From the NCBI RefSeq assembly GCF_018977255.1, contig NW_024704742.1, positions 21,082,001 through 21,146,000 of the forward strand: 64,000 nucleotides of DNA, written 5' to 3'. The first letter of the stretch is position 1. Each line of letters opens with the position of its first letter. The notes under the pieces are model-generated. The model saw only the letters and a program-made list of their open reading frames with translations, ran no database searches and was not told the origin of the DNA. A program made the translations under genes and the position numbers. This document shows, in pieces, positions 11,517-23,621 of this stretch. The stretch comes from Callorhinchus milii (taxonomy: Eukaryota).

Positions 11517-11553
11517 AGTTCTGATGAAGGGTCATGGACCTGAAACGTTGACT
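11517..11553 (+). ncRNA. Minimal type I hammerhead ribozyme motif (Penelope-associated)
   Basis: AGTT-CTGATGA-A-GGGTC(ATG)GACCT-GAAA-CGTT-GACT: conserved core, paired stem II, palindromic AACGTT, 4-bp stem I. Confidence 0.7.
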
Positions 11554-13144
11554 CGCTTTTCTTTCTCCATGGATGCTGCCTGATCTGCTGAGTATTCCCA
11601 GCGACTTCTGTTTTTTGTTTTAAATGACTGAATATTAGTTACAGTTTAGAAATAGTTCAGTAACAATTTCAGGAGTAGACCATTGGTCTACCTAGCTATT
11701 CATTCAAAGGATTCTTGCGATCTATCTCATTACCTAATAACCTTCAATCTTTTTATAATGCAAATCACCCTGCCACTACAACATCCCCAACACAGCCGAA
11801 ACTCTTATCCATATCTTTGTACTTCCAGCTTCCGGTTTTCCAATGTAACTCTCACTTTCCACAGCCTGCTTTAAGCCTACCCCATTCAATGATGATGACG
11901 AAGGGGTGATCGTATTTGAAAGAAGAGAAGGGGGTATAGTGCTACCTCGTGCTTGGTGGAATGTAAGAAAAGGAATGCTTTAAACATTACATATGTTATC
12001 CCATAGATCCTCGCTCTACCACTTGCATCGGTCATTATTTTGTACTTCTGCAGTTTCAGACTTTAAATACTTGTTATTCTCTCAATTGGGCTACATTCCA
12101 CCAGTAGCAATTGGGTTATTTTTAAAAATATGTTTTAGACTAATACATTTTTATACACCTGGCATCCCTGGGTCCATTCCTTTCATCTGTCAGACTGTCA
12201 GTAGAAAGCTGCTCGCAGACAGCTTATGCTAGATCTTGAGTGAAGTAGGTGAGATAAGTGTACTTTCAACAGCTCATGAGAAGATAGGAGAGAAACAGCA
12301 GAAGCCGAGCTGTTTTACATCTACATAAGCAGTTACTGCTATTCCGTCAGCCTTCATTATCGTATGCAACAAAGAACAGAAAGTTTGGTTTGGAGATTTA
12401 AGAGGTCTTATTTGACAGTACTATCTGATACACTATAAATAATTCCAGGCCATTATTCAATTAATGTTAAATATTTAATGCAGAACCTGAACTCTGGTGG
12501 CTGATTGTGTGCTAAATGCAGAAGGACTTCTGCCACAAACAAACAACTACAACGACAGCAACTGACTGAAAGGAGGCCAACACCACACTTCCGTTTTAGG
12601 TCAACCCTGGGATTAACCTGAACAAAGCCAACCACAGCGAGAGGGGCTGGGTGCTGAAGGTAAAGGGAAGGGGTCAATTAGAAAGCACGCACATGTTTCA
12701 CAACCCCCATTCAAACCGAAATTCAACTTGTTTAATTGACAACACGCATTTTATGACTCGCTGAGTTTATAAGTAGTAAAACCAAGCTCTCTTTTTCTGC
12801 TGTAACCTCATTCATAAAAGGCCACAGCCTCTACATTTTTGAAAGCACAAATTCTCAGAGAGCAGTCCACTCGAATGTGCCCTCTATGACCTCAAGATCA
12901 CCTCCCATTTATATTGCATATTTATATTACATTGGCAGCGCTTTATTCTTACTTCCATAAATAGTCACCTTTTCTCAATTCTCAGTCATGTTCAGTTCAA
13001 TTTTGTTCAGCCCTCCCCCCATCCCCCTTGTAAATGAAAGCAATTTTACTTGTCAGTCCCCAGCCTTGTCATTTTCAATAATTTCTTATTGCCCAAGCAT
13101 TTCTACATATTTTGCTTGTGACATCTGACACGCACAAGTAGCAG

Positions 13145-13290
13145 TAGTAATAATAATCCTTGCATTTGGTGCAGCACCTTTCATGTGAGGAAGACATCTC
13201 AAAGTGCTTCATAGGATTTTTTTTTAGCTGTGAAGTGGAGTTACTGTATATTTGCAGGCAAACTCAGCAGCTCATTTGTCCACAGTCTTA
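13145..13290 (-). mobile_element. SINE 3' tail fragment
   Basis: taataatccttgcatttg...cacctttcatgtgaggaagacatctcaaagtgcttca. Confidence 0.7.
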
Positions 13291-13489
13291 TTGAAACAGG
13301 GCTATGTAATCAAAACATTCAGCAATTCGGTTAACATAAAAAGTCATGCTGTTTCCCCAGTGTTAGTATTCCCATCAGTAAAATAATATAGAGATAAATG
13401 TCCCAGGCACAAAAATGTTGCAACTGAAATTCTGCTCAGCAGCTGCCCGTTTGGTTCAGGATTGAAATGATTCAGGTCTGAGGTGTTTA

Positions 13490-14140
13490 GTGTGAGCCTG
13501 GATCATGCCTTACGTGAAACTTTAAACCCAACATCTCGCCAACCTGTTCAGGTGAATGCTAAAGATCTAGTTACACTTATTGAAAAGAAGGTGTCTTCTC
13601 TCAGGGTCCTGGCAAAAAAAGTCATCCAGATGAACAGGTCATTGACTTCATGGCTGTTTGTATTTGTGTCCAAAATAGCTAACACGGTTGTCAATTTGGC
13701 TCAGTTGGTAGCACTCACACCTCTTAATCAGAAGGCCCACGTCAATACTTGAAACAAATATAGTCTAAGCTGACACTAAGTATTGTAAAGCTCTTTGAGA
13801 TGTTTCAACATTCTGATACTCCAGTGCATTGCTGGACAAGTGCTAGATTTTAGAAGGAGCCATCCTACAATTGAAACATTACAGTAAGGTCCCATCTGCC
13901 CTTTCAGGTGGACATTACAAATTTCAGGACAGGAGTTGAAAAGCGAAGAGAGTTTTTCCCCATGTCCCACACAATAATCCTCCAGTTAAAAAAATGATCA
14001 TTCACTTTCTGGTTGTTTATGGAACATTCTTCTCCATGTTTGCCTATTAAATACTTTATAATACATCCTTTGGTGCGCTTTGAGGCGTTTCTAGGCTACG
14101 ATAAGGCATTATATCAAAGGCAGGATTATAGTTATTATGA
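13490..14140 (+). mobile_element. Two adjacent diverged Deu-like SINE copies
   Basis: Core ...caggtgaatgctaaagatc... at 13550; new head tggctcagttggtagcactc at 13698, with core and tail to 14140. Confidence 0.7.
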
Positions 14141-14310
14141 AAAGGTGCCATAACTTATTTTAAGAAATCATTTACAAGCTATATAGTTCTCTGGTCAGGC
14201 CAGACCTGCATGCAGCTGTGGTTGCTGTTACATAAAGGAGGTGCCCAGACCCTAGAGGCAGTGTGTGGGAGAGCGATGAGGATGATCCCTAGGGAATGAG
14301 TTATTATGAG

Positions 14311-14975
14311 TAACGACTAGAGGACATGGCCTGTGATTGAGGGGGTTAAATTCAGAATGAATCTACGCAAACACTATTTCCCTGAGCGAATAGTGAACCT
14401 GTGGAACAGGCTCCCTAAGGAGACGGTTGAAGCAGGAAGTGTTGATTCTTTCAAACACAGATTAGATAGTTTTCTTTTAGGAAATAACATTATGGGAATA
14501 AAAACATAGGTAGTTTGGGACATTTGTGCATGCGATCACCAGGAAGGTGGAAGCGAACTAGATGGACCTTGGTCNTTTTTCGTCTAGCATTTCTTATGTT
14601 CTTATGACTAAACAAACAAACTAGGACTCTTCAGTCTTGAAAGGAGATATCTCAGCAGGACTTTATCAAATTTTAAATGTGAATTATAAAAGTAAATTCA
14701 GAACAACACTTTCAGATGTATCAAGTTAGCAGGACAAGTATAGGTTTAGATTTGCAAAAGGCAATTTAGCCAGGAATTTTTTTTAACCAAGAAGGTAATT
14801 AAGGACTGGAACAGGTTACCAGGAAGGGTTGTGGAGGCCAGGAACTGGACTCATTTTAAAACCAGCTTGATAAAACCAGCAATAGTAAGATGGTAGGATG
14901 GGTATTCTGGAAGAATGAGCTCAAATGGACCAAAGGGCCTTCTTTAACTGGACCAAGATTGCAAATCTTATGACG
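14311..14975 (+). mobile_element. Two tandem CR1 3' fragments
   Basis: TRGH...RIVNLWNRLP-like coding; tail ttcttatgttcttatg at ~14591-14606; a second, older copy runs to ~14975. Confidence 0.75.
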
Positions 14976-15109
14976 TGCTGGATTGCTTTGATTTAATTTT
15001 TTTCCTTGCTTTTCTTGAGAGACTCTCCAGACTATTTTTGAGCCTCTATTTTATTCAGAGGCCTGTTTATTGTCTGAGTGTTCAGCAAAAAGGAAGTTTT
15101 CAGCATATT

Positions 15110-15267
15110 CTTTTAGCCTGGCAAATGGCTAAAAAATGCATTGAAAACATATCTCTTTCACTTACAAAATATACAGTCAATTCACTTTGCAGGATATCCT
15201 GGGAAGCACTTTGAGACGTCTCAAAGATGTGATAAGGCACTATATCGAATGCAAGGATTATTATTAG
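15110..15267 (+). mobile_element. SINE 3' tail fragment
   Basis: atatacagtcaattcacttt...atcgaatgcaaggattattatta. Confidence 0.75.
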
Positions 15268-16584
15268 TATATCTCCAAGGAAGTGGACACCTAGACTGCT
15301 ACGCAAATGGTTTTGATTTAGCTTGCTGAAATATTCATTTCATCTTCAAGCTTTTCTGAGGAAACAAATATATTTAAATGAACCTCTATTGTTTCTTGTA
15401 GGTAGACAAAACTGGAATGATAAAGATAAATGGTAATAATAACTATCAAAATAAATAATCTGCAGTCTAGCCTACTGAAGTAACCTCAACACAAGAAAAA
15501 TGAGCAATCGCCTAGGGGGTTGTCATTTTATTGCACAGTCATTGTGAAGGTTGGTCTTAATGTTAAAGAATGCCCAGTTGGCTTGACAATCAATATTGCG
15601 GTCTAATATGCGATAATTGTAAAAGGAATACTGAATAGCAATGCTGTGACAAATAGATGAGAGAAATGCAGCACACCAGCCTAGAGGAACCTGATTGCAA
15701 TGTGATGTGCTTCCTGTGAGTGCACAAAATTCACAAGAAATTTCTATTTGCAGCTTCCTCTTGTAAATATTGTGGTTCAGACTCTATTGGGAGATTCTGA
15801 CTTCCGTACTTTGTTAACTGAAGTATAGTTGGTTCAGAACATTCTACTGGTACCACAGTGCTACATAGAGTGGCAATATTTCTATCAGTTGACCAATTTG
15901 TCAAATTGACTGCTGGTATCCAATCCATGCTTACTGCTCTTCTGTTTGACATAGAATAATTGTGGCACTTTAAAGTTTAAAAGACATTGATGGAATTTGG
16001 CACAAGCCTTCCACAATTTAAAGCAATTCAGATTAAGTCAATCATTACAGTTGCCGGATACTAATGCTAGTCATTTGCCCTGTTAATGATTTCCCAAATA
16101 TAAACCAGAAGATATATTTACTTCCCACGACTGTTTCCTCTTGCACTGTTTCAAGGAGAAGGCAAGGCTAGGAGGCGTACTTTTTGTTCAAAGCATTCTG
16201 CCTAGTTACAACAGTTGTAAATATATCACAGTTATAATGAGTAATTGTTGGAATTCTTCAATCCCTGGGTCTTGTCTCCAGTTTGAGGCTACTCTAGTTA
16301 TCTCACTGGCAAAGGGGGAACTCAGTGCATCTTATAGAATGATAGATATTTACAGCATAGAAGGAAGGAGGCCATTCAGCCCATCAAGTCTGCACTAGAT
16401 CTCAGAGCAAGATGTTTATTCAATCCCACTGCCCTGCCTTATCCCCAAACCACTTAATGGGGCTCAATTACTTGAACCAAAGCAACAGCTTTAAAGCAGC
16501 ATAAGAACTGGCTGGAGCAGCCCATCCAAAAGAGAGCACAATAATAACAACTGTTGCTTTGATATTGAGCCCAATAACATTGAA

Positions 16585-16925
16585 ACATCTCAAACAGAGT
16601 TCCAAAGAGGTGACTGTATTTGTAGGCGAATGCTGCAGTTAATATGTGCACTGAAATGTTCCACAAATGGCCTGGAGGTGAATGACCAATTTATCTGAAG
16701 ATTATCTGAAGATGGCCAGGACACGAGAAGAAACTCCCCTCTGTTTTGAATCGTGTCAGTGGGACCTTTAATGTCCACCTGAATAGATGGGACCTCGGTT
16801 TAATATTTCCTCTGAAGAATGCTATGTCTGACATTACAGCACTTCACCAGCGCTGTACTGACGTGTCAGCTTAAATCAAATCCCTGATGTGGGACATGAA
16901 CCACAAACTTCTGAGTCAGAGGCAC
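16585..16925 (-). mobile_element. Deu-like SINE, diverged
   Basis: Reverse complement of core (ctttaatgtccacctgaa...cctcggtttaat) and head (aacttctgagtcagaggc). Confidence 0.75.
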
Positions 16926-16999
16926 GATTTCTTCCAGTTTAACAGTAACAGCTACTACTTTGAAGCCGGTATTCAATAATAAATAATAACAATTATCCT

Positions 17000-17230
17000 C
17001 ATGGCGGGGAGAGAGATAAGCATGGTGTCCTTGGAGCTGAACTGGCTTGGTAATGGAATGTCGGAAATGAGTCAACCCTCTGTGATGGTCGGTGGAGTCC
17101 CACTCCCAGGCTCTCCGCAGTACTCCTACTCCAGGGCACAACTGATCACAGCCCAGTAGGACTTGGAGGGACAGACCCAGTCACAGGGATTCTTACTATT
17201 CAACTGCTGTTAACTCTGAAAACTAAAGCT
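17000..17230 (+). repeat. Unidentified old dispersed repeat (family X)
   Basis: Shares gtaggacttggagg...cagggattctt...ctgttaac with 30824-31050 (rc), 51245-51400 (rc), 53300-53520 (rc) and 59715-59835. Confidence 0.7.
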
Positions 17231-17304
17231 CTCTTGGCCTCGTAGTGTTCCTTGCTAGTCCAGCAGTGGGACGTTTATCAGCCAATGTTTTCAATGGCAA
17301 GCTA

Positions 17305-18040
17305 CAGTAAAACCTGTTAAAGCAACCACCTCTACTCAGCAACCACCTACTGTCAACAACCACCCTGGAACAATTTACCATAATAAACCACCTCAATTCA
17401 GCAACCACCTGTCAAATGCAACCAATGACCACTCTTTTTTGTTTGCCTTGTCAGTGTACTAACACTTGTTTCAGTGGGCAGTTCTAAGTGAATTTAAGTG
17501 AACTTATCGTTAATGCATTATTAATTTCCAATGGTCTATATGTAAAACTTCTGCTAGACTTCCAGCATATTTACCAACACTGCACTAAGCTGCCCACATG
17601 ATGCCCACAGCTTCCTGCCACACAGTCCATTTGGAAATGATAGGCAGGCAAGTATACTGATCAGGACTAGAAAGCGCTCAGGGAAATTAAACTCACTTCT
17701 GTATGAAACTCGTTGGACGCAACAACCATTGCACACTTAAGAAGCTTGGCATGAATTTATTGACCATGCTTGAATCAACATAAATGTTCAAAATTATTCT
17801 TCACCAACATGAATCTCATTAAATAGAAAATGATTATGGACTTCTTCAGCAAACAGTAACGATTAGTATTTTGTCATTGATTTATTTATTTTATTAAAAC
17901 TGCCTGTAGTTTGGTTTATGGATTCATATGTGCATTTTATTTTTCTATACACTTATACACTTAGAAATCGTACACACACCCTTACAAAAACGCAACTTTG
18001 ATCCAGTCCCCTAAGTGGCTGTTGAAAACAGATTTGACTG
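17305..18040. mobile_element. Non-autonomous pogo/Tigger-type (Tc1-mariner superfamily) DNA transposon
   Basis: TA|CAGTAAAACCTGTT ... AACAGATTTGACTG|TA terminal inverted repeats with TA target duplication; repeated subterminal CAACCACC motifs. Confidence 0.8.
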
Positions 18041-18726
18041 TACACGGTTTTAGCTGGTTAGACTCCAGCAGTACCGCAACATGCACTCTGTGTCCCCACA
18101 CCTTGGCTCTTGCTAACTACTGTGCCTTGTGCTCTCTGTTATTAGGCAAGCAGGATGCATTCCCCTGGGAAGAGAGTGCGCATTTCATACACTGGGAAAT
18201 TTACATTTGTAGGTTTCATAGTTATGTAGATCTTGCTATCTAGTTTGGATACTCTTAATGGGTATTTGGATGTTTCAGACACGTGGTTGATCAAATAAAA
18301 TTGTCTTTACCTTTAAATCCTTGTTAAAAAATCTCTTTAACCATGCCTTTGGTCAACCTTCTCAAACTCACCCTTCTTCACACACTACTTGGTAATCTAG
18401 ATCATCTTTATGATGCAGTTTAACACGTTATCCTAAATAAAAGGCAGTACACGATGCAGGTTGTTTTTAACACTACCTTTAAATACCCTGGCTTTGAATG
18501 AACCAGATGGTTTGGATTTTCAGCTTGGGTCCTCAGATCCCTTCCTCCAGCCAGTGCGCCACATTCAGTTCCAACTACAGAAATTGCCAGTTATTTATCC
18601 AATGTGTTTGCATTCTGGTCATAACCAGAAGAAACAGAATTTCTGCTGGAAATTCACCAAACCAATTCACTCCCAGCCACCCCACTGACTAATCAGGCTG
18701 GGCAAGTCCAGGATGCACTGATGTGT

Positions 18727-19037
18727 GGAGTCCTGTAGCTCAGTGGTTGGCGAACTCACCTCGTAAGCGAGTGACCTGGGTTTGATTCCCGGCAGGGCGA
18801 AACCTTGGGCAAGTTTCCTTACTCCACATGCCTGATAATAATCCCTCAATAAAAAAAATAATTTGGTCACTCAATCCACAACTGTTTGTGGGACACTGCT
18901 GTGCACAATTGACTGCCGCGTTTATCCCACAAATATACAGTCAATTCACTTTACAGTATGTACGCTGTGAAGCGCTTTGAGATGTCTAGAAGATGTGATA
19001 AGGTGCTATATCAAATGCAACGATTATTATTATTATT
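18727..19037 (+). mobile_element. tRNA-Ala-like SINE
   Basis: Full head, tail and (TTA)n. Confidence 0.9.
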
Positions 19038-19274
19038 TATGCAGTGACTGTGTAAACCACAGAAGCATGTTCTTGTCTTCATGAGGAATGTTCCAAAGAG
19101 CATTCAGGATTCAAATACAAGAAGTTGCAATTATATAGCGCCATTCACCCGGGGTAGCATTCCAGAGCGTTTCTTTCAGAGGGTTAATGTACGACTCTTT
19201 CAAGTCTTTACCTTTTTGCCCCTTTGCACTGCTGCTAATCTGCATGTGCATCATAAAGCAGGAAACGTTAAATC

Positions 19275-20390
19275 ATAATAATCCTTACATTTGATATAGT
19301 GCCTTTCAGGTTGGGAAAATTTCAAAGGGCTTCACAGGATATATTGTAAAGAATGACTGTGTATTTGTAGACAAGCGCAGCAGCCAATTTATGCACAGCA
19401 ATGTCTCACAGACAGCCAATAAAAGAATGACCAATTTTATCTGGGGGATTGTTGGTTAAGATACCAGGAGAAACTCCCTTGTCTTTTCAAGTAATGCAGT
19501 GGGATTTTTGACATCCTCCTGAACAACAACAACAACAATTACATTTGCATAGCGCCTTTCATGTCAGGAGGATGTCCCAAGGCACTGGACAGTCAGAGAT
19601 CCGCACTCGAGCTGGTGGTTGGGATCAGGAGGGGTGGGGCCGGGGAAAGTTTGGGTAGGAAGGTGACCAAAGGCACCGTCGAAGAGGAGGGTCTTGAGAC
19701 GAGTCTCGAAGGAGGCAAGGGAGGAGGTGAGGTGGAGGAACTGTGGGATAGAGTTCCAGAGGGTGGGGATAGAGGGGCTGAAGGCCTGTCCACCAATGGT
19801 GGAACGGCAAAGTGGGGGAACATGAAACAGGTTGGAGCCTGCTGAGCGAAGGGAACGGACAGGTTGGTAGGGGGTTAGGAAGTCCTAAAGGAAGGGAGGA
19901 GCAAGGCCATGGAGGGCTTTGAAGGTGAGGACCAGGATCCTGAACTATATCCTCTGAGTGATGGGGAGCCAGTGGAGTCAAACGAGGATGGGGGTGATGG
20001 GGTCGCGATGCCTTACATGGGAGAGGACAGTGGCTGCAGAGTTCTGGATGATCTGCAGCCTATGGAAGGAGGAGTTGGGGAGGTCGACAAGCAGGGAGTT
20101 TGCAGAGTCGAGCCTGGATGTGGTGAACCCATGATAGTCTCGGCGGCCTGCGGTGAGAAACAGTGGCGAAACAGGGCAATGTTGCGGAGGTGGGGAAAGG
20201 CAGAGCAGGTCATGGCACGGATTTGGGGTATGAAGGATAGTTGAGAGTCAAACAGGTACATGGCACCTCAGTTTAACGTCTCATCAGAAGGATGGCATGT
20301 CTGACAATGCAGCACAGCCCCAACACTGCACTGAAGTGTCTGCTTGGACTATGTTAATTCCAAGGCCTTGATTGGGCTTTAACCCACTGA
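19275..20390 (-). mobile_element. Deu-like SINE split by an L2 insertion
   Basis: 3' part at 19275-19522 and 5' part at 20256-20390 are collinear. Confidence 0.8.
19523..20255 (-). mobile_element. L2 3' fragment with (TTG)n tail
   Basis: LFDSQLSFIPQI...HLRNIA translation; 3' stem-loop and (CAA)n at 19523-19540. Confidence 0.92.
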
Positions 20391-21014
20391 TATGGGATTT
20401 GAATGCACCCACCTTAAATGCATGCATGACCAGGACTAGCCCGGTCACCAAAAGGTATTTTACAATGTTATTATCTCATCTTCCAATACAGCACGCAGAT
20501 TGGGCGTTTCATTGGCTTTAGTCATGATGCTTTAGTTTTGAAAAAAGACATTTGTGGCAGACAACAAATTGTGCAACAGTAAAGGTCATTCCTGTCCCTG
20601 AAAGGACACTCTGACACAGGATAAATCAAAACTAAAATACACTGAAATCTTTCATTACAAAGTGAAAGCACCAGAAGAATAGCTGTTGATTTGCCAGTGC
20701 TATGGTCGGTAGTTCCTGCCCAACATTAAAAAAACAACTTCAATCTTGTTGTAAAGCCAGTCAAATATTAAAATGTTGCTGCTCGCAGATGTGGTGCAAT
20801 TGTATGTAAAATTACTTTTATTGTCAAGTGGCATAAGTGAGTGATGAATTCGTCCCAACACTAATTGGGTTTGTGAAACAAAGACTTTGTGTTCCATCAG
20901 CAGCTGCCAGTGATGAATGGGCCAATAAAATAAAGGTATTTATGAAGCCAAAGCCAGCCCTGCAGAGCAGCTTATGAGACTTGAGGGCTGCCACATACCC
21001 CACCCCCACCTCTC

Positions 21015-21390
21015 TCTGGATACAGACACACTCAAACCCTAGGGATAAATAATAATAATAATCCTTGCATTTGATATTGCACCTTATCACATCTTCGACA
21101 CGTCACAAAGCGCTTCAGAGAATATACTGTAAAGTGAATTGACTGTATATTTGGTAGGCGGAACGTGGCAGCCAATTGCGCACAGCAGTGTCCCACAAAC
21201 AGTCGTGGATTGAGTGACCCATTTTTCTTTCCCCGGATTAGATACAGACACTCACATCACAGAGATCAGATATAAATGCACTCACACCCCAGAGATCAGA
21301 TACAGACTCACACTCCAAAAATTTGACACAGATAGAACCACATCACCAGGATTAATTACAGACAATGACATCCCAGAGATTGAATCCAGG
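21015..21390. repeat. Degenerate ~30-bp minisatellite (agatcagatacagacactcacacccc-like), interrupted by a SINE fragment
   Basis: About five imperfect units at 21235-21390 and one at ~21015-21048. Confidence 0.55.
21049..21225 (-). mobile_element. tRNA-Ala-like SINE 3' half
   Basis: Reverse complement of the shared SINE body and tail. Confidence 0.88.
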
Positions 21391-21709
21391 GACTTTGTCC
21401 TATGCCAGAGAAGCAGAAATACAAACTCCAACACCAGATCCTTTAGCTTGAACCTTCTTCTATCTTACCTCAAGTGTCCCCCCTTCAAATTTTACCACTT
21501 TTTTAAAGACATTACATTCAGCGCCTCTACCTTCTAAAATAAATAAAGTGTCCGAATCCGAAATGTCCTGACTTCGTCCATGTATACGTCAATTTTATTT
21601 GACCTGAAAACACACACTGCAAGATGCTTTGGCTGTGTGACACATGCTTGGCAGTTACTCTAATGGACTGGATCATCAGTGAGGGCTTAGCATGCACACA
21701 ATAACAGCC

Positions 21710-21995
21710 ATAGAATCATAGAATCCTACAGGACAGAAGGAGACCATTTGGCCCATCCGTGCCTCTGCCCGGTCTTTGAAAGCGCTATCCAATTAGTCCC
21801 ACTCCCCCGCTCTTTCCCTATAGCCTTGAAATTTTTTGTCTTTTCAAATAAATATCCAATTCCATTTTGAAAGCTATTGTCGAATCTGCTTCCACCATAT
21901 TTCAGACAGTGCATTTCTGATCATAAAATCTCTCTGTGTAAAACCATTTCTCCTCATTACCCCTCTGGTTCTTTGCCTCTGGTTCTTTTGCCAAA
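21710..21995 (-). mobile_element. CR1 3' end
   Basis: catagaatcatagaatc tail and typical 3' UTR ...gaaggagaccatttggcccatc... Confidence 0.85.
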
Positions 21996-23621
21996 ATTCT
22001 ATCAATTTTTAATTCAAAATAAAAACCATAGCATAACTGCTAGTGACAATTGCAAGACAAGAAATCAGTTCATTCCCAAGTCTCATTTACTGTTCATTAA
22101 CGCAAAAAAAAGAAAAAGAAACAATTAAAGCACAATTTTTGTAGGTCGATGTATAGTACAACATTAATTCTAATACGGAAGTGCTGTGATGTGATCATTT
22201 TNAAAAAATACAAAGTCAAAGAATAGTGAATTTCACAGGCATTGTTCATCTTGCTCAATCCTGCTCAAGATCATGATGATTTTCTCTGTTATTAAAGTGA
22301 AATAAAATATTCATGCAGTATAGCTAAAGCTTTAAATTGCAGATAGCAGATGACATTTTAAATCATGTCTTTTGCCTTCCACAGTGGTTTCACATAGAAA
22401 CCTGGAGATGCCATTCCAAACAACAGTTCAGTGTTTTCATAAAGATTAACAAATGTTTTCCAGTTTACCCACTTCTAAAGTGTTTTTGAAGCTACCATCA
22501 ACAGGTATTGGCAAAGAGCCTGTGGACATTTCAATACTGTGCACTCTTGCATCAGATCAACCCCTGGACCTGACTGGAACAGTTATCAGATAGTGATATT
22601 TGTGTTTTTGCTGCATAAATCCCAGCATGCTGCATGGCAGAGGAACGCTAATGTGTAATTACACCAGATAATTCGCTGATAATTGAAGAGTATTTTGATT
22701 TATTGCACTATTGCTTGAATTGGAGTTACAATGTGTCTGTCTCCTAACATCTCCAGGAGTAGCTGTTGTTTCAGCAATCCAGCGGTGTATTCTCTAATAT
22801 GAGTCAATCATTTGACAGACCATATACATATATATGTATAACTCCTTGTGCTTCTTATAATGTGATAAAAACCAAACCATCTGTAAAACATGGGGAATCT
22901 TGAACTATTGAATCATCTAATAAGCTGACATCGCCTTTGATATGCCTGATAACCTCCTCTGTGCAAACAGCAGGATAGTGACACATTTCAAGCAATTGGG
23001 GCTCAAGGTGTTATTTCTGTGTTGGAGTAATTGTTCAAAGGGGGAAAATAGCTAATTTCACCTTTGTTTGGGTGGAGTTATCAAGTAACCTGACAGGTTG
23101 TGCCAGTTCATCTCGCCCCACTCCTGCAACAGTCACATCAGTAACACATGATGTTACTCTTGCTAGGTGTAAAGTAGATGGCTTGGATTGTTTCTGGAAC
23201 AATATAAACCCATGGTTTATTTCAAAGATTTTGGAATAGAGGATGACAGTTAGGATGTAGCTCCGAGCGTTTCGAGATGCCATCCAGATATTGAAGATAC
23301 TATATAAATGCAAGTTGTTTTTGTAGTTGTTGTTGTCTCCTTGTACACCAGCGCTTGTGTCTCACCCTTACGTGTGAATTTCCACGAGTCACCTGCAGGT
23401 TGTGAGAAGTAGGAGCTGGTGTACAAAGATCTGGGCACTTACAGCTCTCAAGCTTCATCATCTTCAACACGTAGCTGTGTAGGCTCTATAACTAAATGTA
23501 CAGGTCTGTGGTTGAGGGTACTGGGGATATAAATACATCATTTTCCATCCATGTTTGGAAATGCTTCAGCGGATGTGTCCTTGGCACAAGGCTGCATGCT
23601 TTCAAAACGAATAATAACAAC

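Larger units (their letters stand above)
10806..11622 (+). mobile_element. Penelope-like element 3' end (GIY-YIG C-terminus, 3' UTR/pLTR with hammerhead), interrupted by a SINE
   Basis: 10843-10938 translates to VQRKLEEQHLIYLLGTL*PSGLNIEFNNFRP*; hammerhead core at 11521; short inverted copy of the terminal sequence at ~10806-10822. Confidence 0.85.

Noticed and set aside
11957..11980. TGGAATGTAAG resembling the miR-1/206 5' end
   Set aside because: The match ends after about 11 nt and I see no convincing precursor hairpin.
14575..14575. Isolated N bases (also 22202 and 38428)
   Set aside because: Assembly ambiguities next to homopolymer runs; no biological meaning.
21235..21390. CRISPR-like repeat/spacer pattern
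   Set aside because: Units are contiguous and degenerate, with no unique spacers or cas genes, in a eukaryotic context.
23062..23193. Minus-strand 132-nt AG...GT open segment (KQSKPSTLHLARVTSCV...)
   Set aside because: Splice signals are modest and the peptide is unrecognised; it cannot be distinguished from chance without transcript data.
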